Part shown: piece by piece, positions 9,236 through 18,735 of the stretch
Layout: each line of letters begins with the position of its first letter
Position numbering within the stretch: the first letter of the stretch is position 1
From: an uncultured Wenzhouxiangellaceae bacterium
Lineage (GTDB): Bacteria > Pseudomonadota > Gammaproteobacteria > Xanthomonadales > SZUA-36
NCBI GenBank assembly: GCA_964602895.1
Contig: CAZRTG010000001.1
Location: forward strand, 494 to 64,493
Direction of reading: 5' to 3'
DNA: 64,000 nt
Program-made: the position numbers and the translations under genes
Notes under the pieces: generated by a model
The model's input: only the letters and a program-made list of their open reading frames with translations
The model's database searches: none
What the model was told of the DNA's origin: nothing

Positions 9236-10855
9236 TTATGATGGCGGTCTCTTTTTGAAACTTCTCAAATCCAGTACCTGCCCCAAATCCAGCTTTTCCC
9301 GTGCCAGTCGTTTTACTTCTGCACGGCTGACTTTCTGTGAGGCGGTCAAAGGCAAGTCGGCGACAAATTCGATATAGGCGGGAAGTTTAAAATAGCTCAA
9401 AAGCGCCATGGAGTGATCAAAAATCTCCCTGGCCAGCTTCGTATCCGGTTCAACATCGTCCGCCAGCACAACAAACGCAAACACCTCGTCACCGCGCATT
9501 TCATCGGGCACGGCGGTAACGGCACAGTTGCGCACAGCCGGGTGGCGCAGCAGTGCTGCTTCAACTTCGACAGCAGCAATGTTCTCACCGCTGCGCCGTA
9601 TCACATTTTTCTGCCGATCCACGAAAAACAAAGAGCCATCAGGCCCCTGCCGAACGATATCGCCGGTATGCCACCATCCACCGGCCCAACCCTGTTCGGT
9701 GGCTGAGCTGTCTTTGTAATACCCACTGAAAAAGCCCTTGCGTGGATGTGTGCCTTTGGCTCGCACCAACAACTCCCCATCAGCACCTTCCGGGACCTCA
9801 TTTCCATCGCTGTCGCTGATGCGCAACTGCATGGATGGAATCGGTTTGCCGATGCAGCGTTGCCCGACATGCCTGGGCTCCGAACGGGCAACTGTCATGG
9901 CTGCGCCGCCGGTTTCCGTCATGGCCCATGCTTCGATCAGGGGAAAGCCAAAGCGCTCTTCAAACACTTGCTGATGGCGGGGATCCGAGCCGGCGCCGAA
10001 GCCAAACTTCACCTGCTTGCTGAAATCATCGCTGTGCTGTGGCGGCAATGTTAGAAGAATGGCTGGCATGACTCCCAGATAGTGGATCACTGTGGCCCTC
10101 TCTTCACGAACGGTTTGCCACCAGGTTTTTGGATGAAAGCGATCCAGCTGAATCACACAGCCGCCACACATGAGCATCGCCATGAATGATGTAGCCAGTG
10201 CATTCATGTGATTCGGAGGCAGCGGTGTGAGCAAGCGATCACTGGAGTCGATAGCACATAAATCACCAAGCCGGTTGTATTCATGGCCCATGATGAGAAA
10301 GTATTCATTGGACAACATGCAGCCCTTGGGCTTGCCGGTGGTACCTGAGGTATACAGCAATGCAACTTCGGTGGAGTGGTCTCCCACGGGTTCAGCCAAT
10401 TCTCCATCACCCTGCAAATCGGCCGCTGAAATGAAGCGCAACGGTGCAGAACCAAAAGACGCATGTGCCAGTCGTGCAAGGTGCTCGTCGATACCGGTAA
10501 CCAGGCAACTGTCGCTGTGATCCAGAACGTAGTGCAGTTCCTGATCACTACCTCCCATATTCAACGGGACAATACTGACCCCCAGCGCGTTGAGGGCCAA
10601 TAAATGCAGATACACCTCAACCCGGCTGTCAAAAGCGAGCGCCACTCGCTGGCCACTACGAATTCCCTGAGCCTGGTAACCTTTCCGCAAATCATTCACT
10701 GCCGAAACCGCTGCCGCATAGGTATATTCAATCGCTTGCGGTGAATAGTTTTTTGTGGCCACAGCAGGCGCACGTAGAAAGGGCCTTTCACCGTGTGTTT
10801 CGGCCACTATCGAAAAGGCGGCAAATAGGGATGGTTGATGGATTAACTCAGTCAC
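9236..10855 (-). CDS. AMP-dependent acyl-CoA synthetase/ligase
   Basis: 539 aa. AMP-binding motif LLYTSGTTGKPKG, plus the GWWHTGD and RSGENI blocks. Confidence 0.9.
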   Translation of the reverse strand: MTELIHQPSLFAAFSIVAETHGERPFLRAPAVATKNYSPQAIEYTYAAAVSAVNDLRKGYQAQGIRSGQRVALAFDSRVEVYLHLLALNALGVSIVPLNMGGSDQELHYVLDHSDSCLVTGIDEHLARLAHASFGSAPLRFISAADLQGDGELAEPVGDHSTEVALLYTSGTTGKPKGCMLSNEYFLIMGHEYNRLGDLCAIDSSDRLLTPLPPNHMNALATSFMAMLMCGGCVIQLDRFHPKTWWQTVREERATVIHYLGVMPAILLTLPPQHSDDFSKQVKFGFGAGSDPRHQQVFEERFGFPLIEAWAMTETGGAAMTVARSEPRHVGQRCIGKPIPSMQLRISDSDGNEVPEGADGELLVRAKGTHPRKGFFSGYYKDSSATEQGWAGGWWHTGDIVRQGPDGSLFFVDRQKNVIRRSGENIAAVEVEAALLRHPAVRNCAVTAVPDEMRGDEVFAFVVLADDVEPDTKLAREIFDHSMALLSYFKLPAYIEFVADLPLTASQKVSRAEVKRLAREKLDLGQVLDLRSFKKRPPS

Positions 10856-11072
10856 AGTTGCATATCTCTAATAATCTTGATCAAGCAGTTCTCAGGTTGA
10901 GGCCCACTATTTTTATGTATATTTTTATGAATAATGTATACACAAACTATCATCCCGACCGGGTACTGACAAGCGACCCACAAAACACTTTTGATCGTCA
11001 GCCAAACTACCCTTGGACAGCGTTCTGATAATCAACAGCCTGATGTCTGGCTGGAACGTTTACCGGACCCAG

Positions 11073-11570
11073 TCAGGATTGAACTCCGGGGATGGCCTCC
11101 TCTACCTTCTGGAGTGTCTCCTCCAGGCTGCGGGTGAGCGACTTGATCTGCGATTCGGATGAACCTGAAAGCAAGTTGGAAATGATTCGATCGTAATCCT
11201 GATGCATTTTGTCCCATAACCGGCGCCCGGCGGCAGAAATGGTTACTGACTGTATGCGCCGATCCTTTTTGGACGTGACTTTCTTTACCAAACCATCCTG
11301 CTCCAGACGCCTGACAACGCCGGTAATATTACCTTTACTGACTCGCAACATAAGAGCAAGGTCACCCATGGTGACACCCGATTTGTTCATGGCAAGTGCT
11401 GTCAGCACATCGTAACGAGGCAGGCTGGAATTATATTCCTGGGCGATGTGCTGCATCAGGACCCTTTCAATACTGCTGAAGGATCTCAATAAGGCAAACC
11501 AGGCTCGCAGGTGATGCGCTTCTGTGGGTATCGAATCCAAAACTTTATCGAACAAGGCTGCTTGTGACAT
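11073..11570 (-). CDS. MarR-family transcriptional regulator
   Basis: 165 aa. Winged-helix block LPRYDVLTALAMN...MGDLALMLRVSKGNITGVVRRLEQDGLV. Confidence 0.88.
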   Translation of the reverse strand: MSQAALFDKVLDSIPTEAHHLRAWFALLRSFSSIERVLMQHIAQEYNSSLPRYDVLTALAMNKSGVTMGDLALMLRVSKGNITGVVRRLEQDGLVKKVTSKKDRRIQSVTISAAGRRLWDKMHQDYDRIISNLLSGSSESQIKSLTRSLEETLQKVEEAIPGVQS

Positions 11571-11600
11571 TGGTTTTTTCTCAGCTCATTGGAATTGAAA

Positions 11601-13088
11601 TTATAGTTTGCATACGACTGACTTTAACTCAGTAAAGGCCAATAAACCTTCATAACCGTTTTCCCGCCCCCAACCTGATTGTTTGTATCCCCCAAATGGC
11701 ACGGCCATATCGGGTATTCCATGACAGTTGATCCAGACCAACCCGGCCCGTACTCCAGCTGCCATGCGGTGCGCTTTTGACACGTTCTCAGTCCAGATAC
11801 TGGCCGCCAGACCAAAGCGGGTGTCGTTGCCCAAAGCAAGCCCTTCATGCATATCGGCGATTTTCGTGGCCGCCAGAACCGGACCAAAAATTTCCTCCCG
11901 GACCACAGACATGGTCTGATCCACATCCTGCAAAACAGTGGGCTCCATGAAATAACCCTGCCCGTTGTGCATCCTGTTGCCGCCCGTTGCCACTTTGCCA
12001 CCTTGCGCTTTGCCGGACTCCACTGCTTGTAAAACGCTTTGCAAATGCGTTTCTGAAATCAACGGCCCCATGGTTGAGCCGGGCTCATGCGCCGGCCCTA
12101 CCACCAGGTTCTGCGCATAACTGACAATACCATCAAGCACTTCCTGATAAACCGGAGCTTCGACATACAGCCTGGACCCGGCAACGCAAACCTGCCCTGA
12201 ATTCGAGAATATGGCTTCGGCTGCACCCGGGATGGCCTCATCCAGATTGGCATCTTTCAAAATAATAACCGGCGATTTACCACCCAACTCCAGAGTCAAT
12301 TTCTTGAGATCATCCAGCGCCACATTGCCGATGCTCTTTCCCGTATCGGTAGAACCGGTAAAAGAAATCTTGGCAATATCAGGATGACTGACCATCGCCG
12401 CTCCTACCTCTTTGCCAACCCCGGTAACCAAATTGACCACGCCATCAGGAATACCCGCTTCGGTCATCAGTTCAGCCAGTCGCAGCGTGCTTAAAGGTGT
12501 TTTCTCATCCGGCTTGATAACACAACAACAACCTGCTGCAAGCGCAGGTGCCAGTTTCCATGACGCCTGTACCAGGGGGCCATTGGACGGGACGATCAAA
12601 CCGACCACACCAATGGGTTCACGCAGGGTGTAAACATGAAACTCGCCCACCGGCGCCAACGACATCTGCTTGGTGCTGCCTTCCAGCTTGGTACACCAGC
12701 CTGCATGATAACGGAAGCACTCAGCCGCAAAGGGTACTTCACCGTTGCGTGCAGCCGCATGCAGCTTGCCGGCATTGAGCATTTCCAATTCAGCCAATTC
12801 ATCCACATGGGCTTCGATCAACTCGGCAATCCGCAACAGGATGCGGCTTTTCTCAGCCGGTGGCTTCAGTCGCCAGCGCCCATCGTCAAAAGCTGCCCGG
12901 GCTGACCGGCTCGCCCGATCCACATCCTGGCTGCTACAGGCCTGTAGTTCAGCCAGGGGCAGGCCGGTTGAGGGATTGATCAGCTTCAGAACCGCATCGG
13001 CCGTGCCTGGGCCAGCCTGGCCATCCAGATGCAAACCGTTACGTCGGGTCAAAAATTCCTGTACGGCTTTGCTGATTTCATAGTTCAT
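11601..13088 (-). CDS. NAD(P)-dependent aldehyde dehydrogenase (paralogue 1)
   Basis: Contains ELGGKSPVII, catalytic-Cys block GQVCVAGSRLYV, and EEIFGPV. Start set at MNYEISK (GGAGA upstream). The ORF-track start is 13109. Confidence 0.9.
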   Translation of the reverse strand: MNYEISKAVQEFLTRRNGLHLDGQAGPGTADAVLKLINPSTGLPLAELQACSSQDVDRASRSARAAFDDGRWRLKPPAEKSRILLRIAELIEAHVDELAELEMLNAGKLHAAARNGEVPFAAECFRYHAGWCTKLEGSTKQMSLAPVGEFHVYTLREPIGVVGLIVPSNGPLVQASWKLAPALAAGCCCVIKPDEKTPLSTLRLAELMTEAGIPDGVVNLVTGVGKEVGAAMVSHPDIAKISFTGSTDTGKSIGNVALDDLKKLTLELGGKSPVIILKDANLDEAIPGAAEAIFSNSGQVCVAGSRLYVEAPVYQEVLDGIVSYAQNLVVGPAHEPGSTMGPLISETHLQSVLQAVESGKAQGGKVATGGNRMHNGQGYFMEPTVLQDVDQTMSVVREEIFGPVLAATKIADMHEGLALGNDTRFGLAASIWTENVSKAHRMAAGVRAGLVWINCHGIPDMAVPFGGYKQSGWGRENGYEGLLAFTELKSVVCKL

Positions 13089-13175
13089 GGTTAACGGTCT
13101 CCGCCGCACGCAAATGTTTCATTTTGGGAGGCTCTGATTAATTCAGAGTTTCCTTGGCACATGGATGTGACAATA

Positions 13176-13202
13176 TTTTCAATGATTGTAAATCATTGAA
13201 AA
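13176..13202. promoter_or_regulatory. perfect 12-bp inverted repeat TTTTCAATGATT-gta-AATCATTGAAAA, candidate operator upstream of the ALDH-marR operon
   Basis: Read directly from the sequence. It lies about 90-115 nt upstream of the ALDH start in an AT-rich intergenic region. Confidence 0.4.
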
Positions 13203-13275
13203 TGAAGCCAAACAAAAACCCCGCTTTTTGTTTGGCGTGCTCCAAGAATTCATGGATGAATTATTCAGAGCCTCC

Positions 13276-14403
13276 TCAGGATTCAAGATAGCGTCTCAGC
13301 GCATCGATTACAGCCTCATTGTCGCTGTCTGTACCGACGGTGATGCGCAGAAGCCTTTCATTGTTACCGGGCCTTGGGATGATGCCATTGTCTTCCAGGA
13401 ATGCAGCCGCCGCCGTTGCCGTTTTGCCGGGCAAATCACCAAAATCCAACAGGTAGAAATTGGTCACGCTGGGAACAATCGTGATACCCAGCCTGGCAAA
13501 TTCCTGCTGGAATCTCACCTGCCATTTGGAATTGTGCCGCCGACTGAGCTCCACGTGCTCGCTGTCAGCAATGGCGGCGGTGGCCGCAGCCAGTGCAGGC
13601 ACACTGGCGTTGAAAGGTGTACGCAAACGATTAATGACCTCGATGATGGCTGCCGGGCCATAGGCCCACCCGATACGCAAGCCTGCCAGGCCGTGAATCT
13701 TGGAAAATGTACGGGTCATAACTACATTATCGTGCGACTCTACCCAGGCAATACCTTCTTCGTACTCGTCGTTTACAACATACTCCGCATAGGCGCCATC
13801 AACGATGATCAACACATCATTCGGTACATTGTTGATCAGGCGTTCCATTTCGGATCGAGGCAACCAGGTCCCGGTTGGGTTATTCGGGTTTGCCACCGAA
13901 ATCAAGCGGGTACGCTCCGTTATGCGCTCCAAAATGGCATCAACATCGACAGTAAAACGGGTTTCAGGTGCCAAAACGATGTCTGCACCTTGCCCCTTGC
14001 CGTAAATGGAGCACATGACGAAATGATTTTCCGACAGCAGAAGCTCGTCACCTTCACCCACATAGCAACGAATGAGCAGGCCTATGATTTCCTCCGAGCC
14101 ATTGCCACAAACAATCCGGCTGGGGTCGATTCCATATGCCTGGCCAATCGCTTCCCGTAACTCAGCCTGTGTACCATCAGGGTATCGATGAATGCTTTCT
14201 GCTGCCTGAAGATACGCATTGAGCGCGGCCTGTCCGGGACCAAAGCAACTTTCGTTGCTGGAGAGTTTGATCGTTTTACCTTTGCCCGGAATTTTGCTTT
14301 TGCCTTGCTTGTATTGGGCAAAGGTTTCCATTCGAGCCAGGGGACGTGGCGGACCCGGGTTTGGTCTGATGTCTGAAGTTTTTTCTGAGTGTATGCGTGT
14401 CAT
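13276..14403 (-). CDS. class-II (HisC-like) PLP aminotransferase (paralogue 1)
   Basis: Contains KLSSNESCFGP, the PLP-lysine block TRTFSKIHGLAGLRIGWAY, and RTPFN. It is not in a his operon. Confidence 0.82.
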   Translation of the reverse strand: MTRIHSEKTSDIRPNPGPPRPLARMETFAQYKQGKSKIPGKGKTIKLSSNESCFGPGQAALNAYLQAAESIHRYPDGTQAELREAIGQAYGIDPSRIVCGNGSEEIIGLLIRCYVGEGDELLLSENHFVMCSIYGKGQGADIVLAPETRFTVDVDAILERITERTRLISVANPNNPTGTWLPRSEMERLINNVPNDVLIIVDGAYAEYVVNDEYEEGIAWVESHDNVVMTRTFSKIHGLAGLRIGWAYGPAAIIEVINRLRTPFNASVPALAAATAAIADSEHVELSRRHNSKWQVRFQQEFARLGITIVPSVTNFYLLDFGDLPGKTATAAAAFLEDNGIIPRPGNNERLLRITVGTDSDNEAVIDALRRYLES

Positions 14404-14468
14404 GCTCTGACTCCCTGGTCGAATTCACATTCGGGATGTACAGCAGAGTATACAGCCTGAATAAATTG

Positions 14469-14482
14469 GTTTATGTATAAAC
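14469..14482. promoter_or_regulatory. palindromic operator-like motif GTTTATGTATAAAC (copy 1 of 4)
   Basis: Read directly. Located in the divergent aminotransferase / ManD intergenic region. Confidence 0.5.
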
Positions 14483-14582
14483 ATTATAACCTGAACCTGC
14501 TCGTGTTTGAAATGTGCAGGATGTTCGATATCCACCTGATGGGTTCGCACACAGACAGCGGCCCATAGTGGATTTTTTAAAA

Positions 14583-14596
14583 GTTTATATATAAAC
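14583..14596. promoter_or_regulatory. palindromic operator-like motif GTTTATATATAAAC (copy 2 of 4, perfect palindrome)
   Basis: Read directly. It lies 86 nt upstream of the ManD-type gene start and contains a TATAAA -10-like hexamer. Confidence 0.5.
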
Positions 14597-14681
14597 TGGT
14601 TTGCCGCGCATCGCGGGCGCAGTTGTCTGCAGATGCCGTGAGAATAGTGCAACCGGGATGGTGGAAAGGCGATACCCTGAA

Positions 14682-15890
14682 ATGAAAATTACCGAAGTGA
14701 AAGTCATAGTAACCTGCCCTGATCGCAACTTTGTGACGGTGAAAATCCTTACTGACGAAGGCGTCCATGGTATAGGTGATGCAACCCTGAACGGCCGGGA
14801 ACTGGCGGTTGCAAGCTATCTGCAGGATCATATTGCTCCCTGTCTGATCGGTCGTGACCCACAGCAGAGCGAAGACATCTGGCAATACCTCTATCGTGGT
14901 GCTTACTGGCGTCGTGGTCCGGTCACCATGACAGCGATTGCAGGCATCGATACCGCTTTGTGGGATATCAAAGCCAAGATTGCCGGGTTGCCTCTGTACC
15001 AGTTGCTGGGGGGGCGTTCCCGCAACGGTGTTATGGTTTACGGCCACGCGAATGGTGACGACATATCTGAAACCTGCGACGAAGTGGCGCGGTATCGGGA
15101 GCTGGGTTACAAAGCCGTTCGGGCACAATGCGGCATACCGGGTCTGGACAGCACTTACGGGGTTTCCGAGGACAAAATGTTCTATGAGCCTGCTGATGGT
15201 GACATGCCTACTGAAAATACCTGGTCTACGGAACGCTACATCGATCATGTACCCAAACTGTTCGACAGGCTGCGTGAACAGTTCGGCTTTGACCTGCATC
15301 TGTTGCACGATGTGCATCACAGGCTAACCCCCATCGAGGCGGCCCGGGTCGGCAAATCGCTGGAAGAATATCGTTTGTTCTGGCTGGAAGATGCGGTTCC
15401 GGCTGAGAATCAGGAAGGTTTTCGGCTGATTCGTCAGCACACCGTGACACCCCTGGCCGTGGGCGAAGTATTCAACACCATCTGGGACAGTAAAACCCTG
15501 ATCGAAGAACAGTTGATTGACTATATCCGCAGCACCGTAGTGCATGCCGGCGGTATTACCCATCTACGCCGGATTGCCGACTTCGCGGCCCTGTACCACA
15601 TCAAGACCGGCTGTCATGGCGCGACGGATCTGTCACCGGTGTGTATGGGTGCGGCGCTGCATTTTGATACCTGGGTGCCCAACTTTGGCATTCAGGAATA
15701 CATGCGGCACACCGAGGCTACAGACGAGGTGTTCCCACACGACTACCGATTCGAAGACGGTTATTTGCTGGCTGGCGAAACACCTGGCCACGGAGTGGAT
15801 ATCGATGAATCCCTCGCAGCCAAATACCCTTACAAACGTGCCTACCTGCCGGTAAACCGGCTGCAGGATGGCACCATGTGGCATTGGTAA
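14682..15890 (+). CDS. enolase-superfamily dehydratase, D-mannonate dehydratase (ManD) subgroup
   Basis: [40 protein letters not shown]... and [11 protein letters not shown] are typical of the ManD subgroup. Start set at ATG 14682; the ORF-track start at 14601 lies in the promoter region. Confidence 0.82.
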   Translation: MKITEVKVIVTCPDRNFVTVKILTDEGVHGIGDATLNGRELAVASYLQDHIAPCLIGRDPQQSEDIWQYLYRGAYWRRGPVTMTAIAGIDTALWDIKAKIAGLPLYQLLGGRSRNGVMVYGHANGDDISETCDEVARYRELGYKAVRAQCGIPGLDSTYGVSEDKMFYEPADGDMPTENTWSTERYIDHVPKLFDRLREQFGFDLHLLHDVHHRLTPIEAARVGKSLEEYRLFWLEDAVPAENQEGFRLIRQHTVTPLAVGEVFNTIWDSKTLIEEQLIDYIRSTVVHAGGITHLRRIADFAALYHIKTGCHGATDLSPVCMGAALHFDTWVPNFGIQEYMRHTEATDEVFPHDYRFEDGYLLAGETPGHGVDIDESLAAKYPYKRAYLPVNRLQDGTMWHW

Positions 15891-15917
15891 ACATTCAAAG
15901 TGGAGGTTCCGGAATTA

Positions 15918-17501
15918 ATGGCAGATTACGACGTAATTATTGCGGGTGGAGGTCACAACGGCCTGATTTGTGCAGCCGTACTGGTGGGTAGTGGCTTGAA
16001 TGTGCTGGTGCTTGAGCGTAATGACTGGGTGGGTGGCGGCGTACTGACCCGGGAACTGACCTTGCCGGGCTTCAAACATGACCCGTTCGGTTCTTCACAT
16101 GTCTGGATACATTTGAACCCCGCATTCAGGAAACTCAAACCAGAGTTGGAAAAGCATGGTTTGAAATATATCTGGTCTGACGACCACATCACCGGTCACC
16201 CCAACAAGTATGAAGGCCAGGGCATCATTGTCTACAAAGATGTCGATAAAACCTGCGACACCATAGCCGAGTATTCACGTGCAGATGCGCGTCGTTACCG
16301 CGAGATTTACGAAGAATTCGGCGATATCCAGGACGGTGTGGTGAAAGGCATGTTCGCACCACCCGCTCCGCCCAGCTACATGTACCAGGGTCTGGAACGC
16401 AACCCCGAAGGCCTCAGTCGTTTGCGTGATTACCAGCTCAGTTCACGGCAATTTACGCTGGAGAACTTCGAGAACGATCACGTACGCGCCTTCATCCTGG
16501 GTTGGGCCATGGCACCACAAACCTTGCCCGATCAACTGGGAACGGCAGCAGGGTTCTATGTGATGATCCCCAGCATTCACTATTTTGGCCAATCCATACC
16601 CGAAGGCGGCAGCGGCATGCTGGCAGTTGCCATGCAGCGCTACATCGAGGCCAATGGCGGTACCGTACGCACCGGAGCAACGGTCAGCAGCTTTATTGCT
16701 GAAGGCGGTGTTTGTAAGGGCGTCAGGCTGGAAACCGGTGAAGAAATTCTGGCCGGTAAAGCCGTGGTCAGTGGGTTGGACCCATACCAGACCTATTTGA
16801 AGGGTTTCAAGGATAATGAACTGCCAGCCGGTTTCAAGGATATGGTGCGCAAGTTCAAATTTGGCGATATCACCATTGCCCGGGTGCACTATGCACTGCA
16901 TGAAGCACCGGACTTCAAAGCCGGCGCTGACATGAACAAAACGGCATTTCAGCGGATTTTCGGTACCGTGGCGGATATCGACAAACAGTATCTGGAAATT
17001 GCAGCGCAACAGAAGCCGACCGATCCGTTCCTGTGGACCGCTGCCTGGACCACCATGGATCCGACCCGTGCGCCGGACGGCAAACATACACTCATCATGG
17101 ATACCTTTGTGCCGGTAGACCTGGCCAGTGGCGAAGACTGGGAAGCCATCGGACCCGCCTACTGCCGTGATGTGCTGCTGAAACAGTTACAGAATTACAC
17201 TACCAATATGACCGCCGATAACATCATGGCAGAGTATGTAGAAACCGGACCCAGTCTGGAACGTGCCAACAAATGCTTCCATCGTGGCGTCACCACGGGC
17301 GGCGAACGCACTTTGGCTCAGATGGGTGCCTTCCGACCGTTTCCGAATTATTCAGACTACCGCGGACCATTGAAGAAGCTGTACATGACCGGCCCTTCCT
17401 GCCACCCCGGTGGCGGCATTTGTGGCATGGGTACCATTACTGCAGATGAAATTCTGCTTGACCTCGGCGTTCGTGAAGAAGACGACGATTTTGATTTTTA
17501 G
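15918..17501 (+). CDS. FAD-dependent oxidoreductase, phytoene-desaturase/amine-oxidase (CrtI-like) family (paralogue 1 of 3)
   Basis: Dinucleotide fold DVIIAGGGHNGL. Blocks PGFKHD, DVDKTC, PPSY and GPSCHPGGGI are shared with the ORFs at 37756 and 44645. GGAGG lies 10 nt upstream of ATG 15918. Confidence 0.82.
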   Translation: MADYDVIIAGGGHNGLICAAVLVGSGLNVLVLERNDWVGGGVLTRELTLPGFKHDPFGSSHVWIHLNPAFRKLKPELEKHGLKYIWSDDHITGHPNKYEGQGIIVYKDVDKTCDTIAEYSRADARRYREIYEEFGDIQDGVVKGMFAPPAPPSYMYQGLERNPEGLSRLRDYQLSSRQFTLENFENDHVRAFILGWAMAPQTLPDQLGTAAGFYVMIPSIHYFGQSIPEGGSGMLAVAMQRYIEANGGTVRTGATVSSFIAEGGVCKGVRLETGEEILAGKAVVSGLDPYQTYLKGFKDNELPAGFKDMVRKFKFGDITIARVHYALHEAPDFKAGADMNKTAFQRIFGTVADIDKQYLEIAAQQKPTDPFLWTAAWTTMDPTRAPDGKHTLIMDTFVPVDLASGEDWEAIGPAYCRDVLLKQLQNYTTNMTADNIMAEYVETGPSLERANKCFHRGVTTGGERTLAQMGAFRPFPNYSDYRGPLKKLYMTGPSCHPGGGICGMGTITADEILLDLGVREEDDDFDF

Positions 17502-17563
17502 CCAATTGCAATTTCAGCATGAGTTGATTTGGCCGAACCACACCTATTGATCAGGAAAAAGAT

Positions 17564-18718
17564 ATGAAACAAGCACGCATAGACCCGTATACCGCACTGA
17601 TTGTGCAACCTGAAGTTACTGTCGTAAGCGATCGCGAAGGGATCCAGAAAAACCTCGATCGCATCAAAAACCTGATCCACTTTGGTGTGGGCTATTTCTG
17701 GGAAGTGCCTGTACGCCTGGTGGTGCTGCCGGAATATTTCATGCAGGGCGTGGGAACACCTGGCAAGGGTGAAACCGGCATTGCAGACGCCATGAAGAAA
17801 GCCGTGACCATCCCCGGCCCGGAAATCGACCAACTGGGTGAAATCGCCCAGCAGTACGGCATGTATATCTGTGGCGGTGGCGTCATGGAAAAAGTACCTG
17901 AATTCCCGGATCGCTGGTTCAATACCAACTTCATCGTTGGCCCATCCGGCGACGTGGTGTTGAAATACCACAAGTGGCACATCCCGGCTTCCGTCGGCCT
18001 GGGTACCAGCCCACACGATATTTTTGACGAGTATTGCGAGAAACTGGGCGGCGACATCAAGGATCTTTTCCCGGTGATTGATACCGAGATTGGCAAATTG
18101 GGTACCATGACCTGCCATGATGGCTGCACACCGGAAGTATCCCGCGCACTGGGCTACAACGGTGCGGAAATCATCTGCCACCCGGGCGCCATTCAGGAAG
18201 TCGAAGGTGTAAGCGAACCCTGGGACTTCTGGATGTTCACCCGTCGTACCCGTGCCCATGACAACATGGCCTATCTGCTGGGTTCCAACTGGGGATCGGT
18301 GAACTACGACTACTATCCAAAGGCTTTTTGCCCTGGTCGTTCCTTCGCCATCGATTACACCGGCATGGTGATGCGCGAAGCACCTTATCCAGCAGAACAG
18401 GTCCTGGCTTGCACTATCGATATTGAAGCACTGCGCCAGTACCGCACACGCACCAACCACAATTGCTGGGTAGACATGCGTACCGAAGGTTTCCGGCAGA
18501 TGTATGAAAAGCCCATCTATCCGCCCAACCGATTCCCAAGTGGCAGCCCGCCCCAATCACTGACTGAGAAAATTACGATTTGCAAAGAGGTATTTGACGA
18601 CCTTTATGCCCGTGGGCAGTTCACGCCACCGGCTGGCTTTGCGCCCGAGGATATTTCCAAACTGTTGCAAAAGCGTATTGACTACGCTCACTCAACCGGC
18701 CGTTTACGCAAAAGCTGA
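17564..18718 (+). CDS. carbon-nitrogen hydrolase (nitrilase superfamily, amidase-like branch) (paralogue 1 of 2)
   Basis: Candidate Glu-Lys-Cys triad in VLPEYF, KYHKWH and GTMTCHDG. 384 aa with a C-terminal extension. Confidence 0.82.
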   Translation: MKQARIDPYTALIVQPEVTVVSDREGIQKNLDRIKNLIHFGVGYFWEVPVRLVVLPEYFMQGVGTPGKGETGIADAMKKAVTIPGPEIDQLGEIAQQYGMYICGGGVMEKVPEFPDRWFNTNFIVGPSGDVVLKYHKWHIPASVGLGTSPHDIFDEYCEKLGGDIKDLFPVIDTEIGKLGTMTCHDGCTPEVSRALGYNGAEIICHPGAIQEVEGVSEPWDFWMFTRRTRAHDNMAYLLGSNWGSVNYDYYPKAFCPGRSFAIDYTGMVMREAPYPAEQVLACTIDIEALRQYRTRTNHNCWVDMRTEGFRQMYEKPIYPPNRFPSGSPPQSLTEKITICKEVFDDLYARGQFTPPAGFAPEDISKLLQKRIDYAHSTGRLRKS

Positions 18719-18735
18719 ATGAACAGGAAAACGCC

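Noticed and set aside
13127-13275. 11-13-nt inverted repeat (GGAGGCTCTGA at 13127-13137 and TCAGAGCCTCC at 13265-13275) flanking the AT-rich intergenic region, considered as MITE ends
   Set aside because: The arms are short, and the right arm abuts the aminotransferase stop codon (13276-13278). There is no target-site duplication and I noticed no other copy in the window. It could easily be chance.
15918-17501. The three CrtI-like genes as carotenoid (phytoene desaturase) biosynthesis genes
   Set aside because: No crtB, crtE or crtY partners are present. All three sit in catabolic or transport operons beside amidase-type hydrolases and aminotransferases. An amine-oxidase-fold catabolic role is more plausible.
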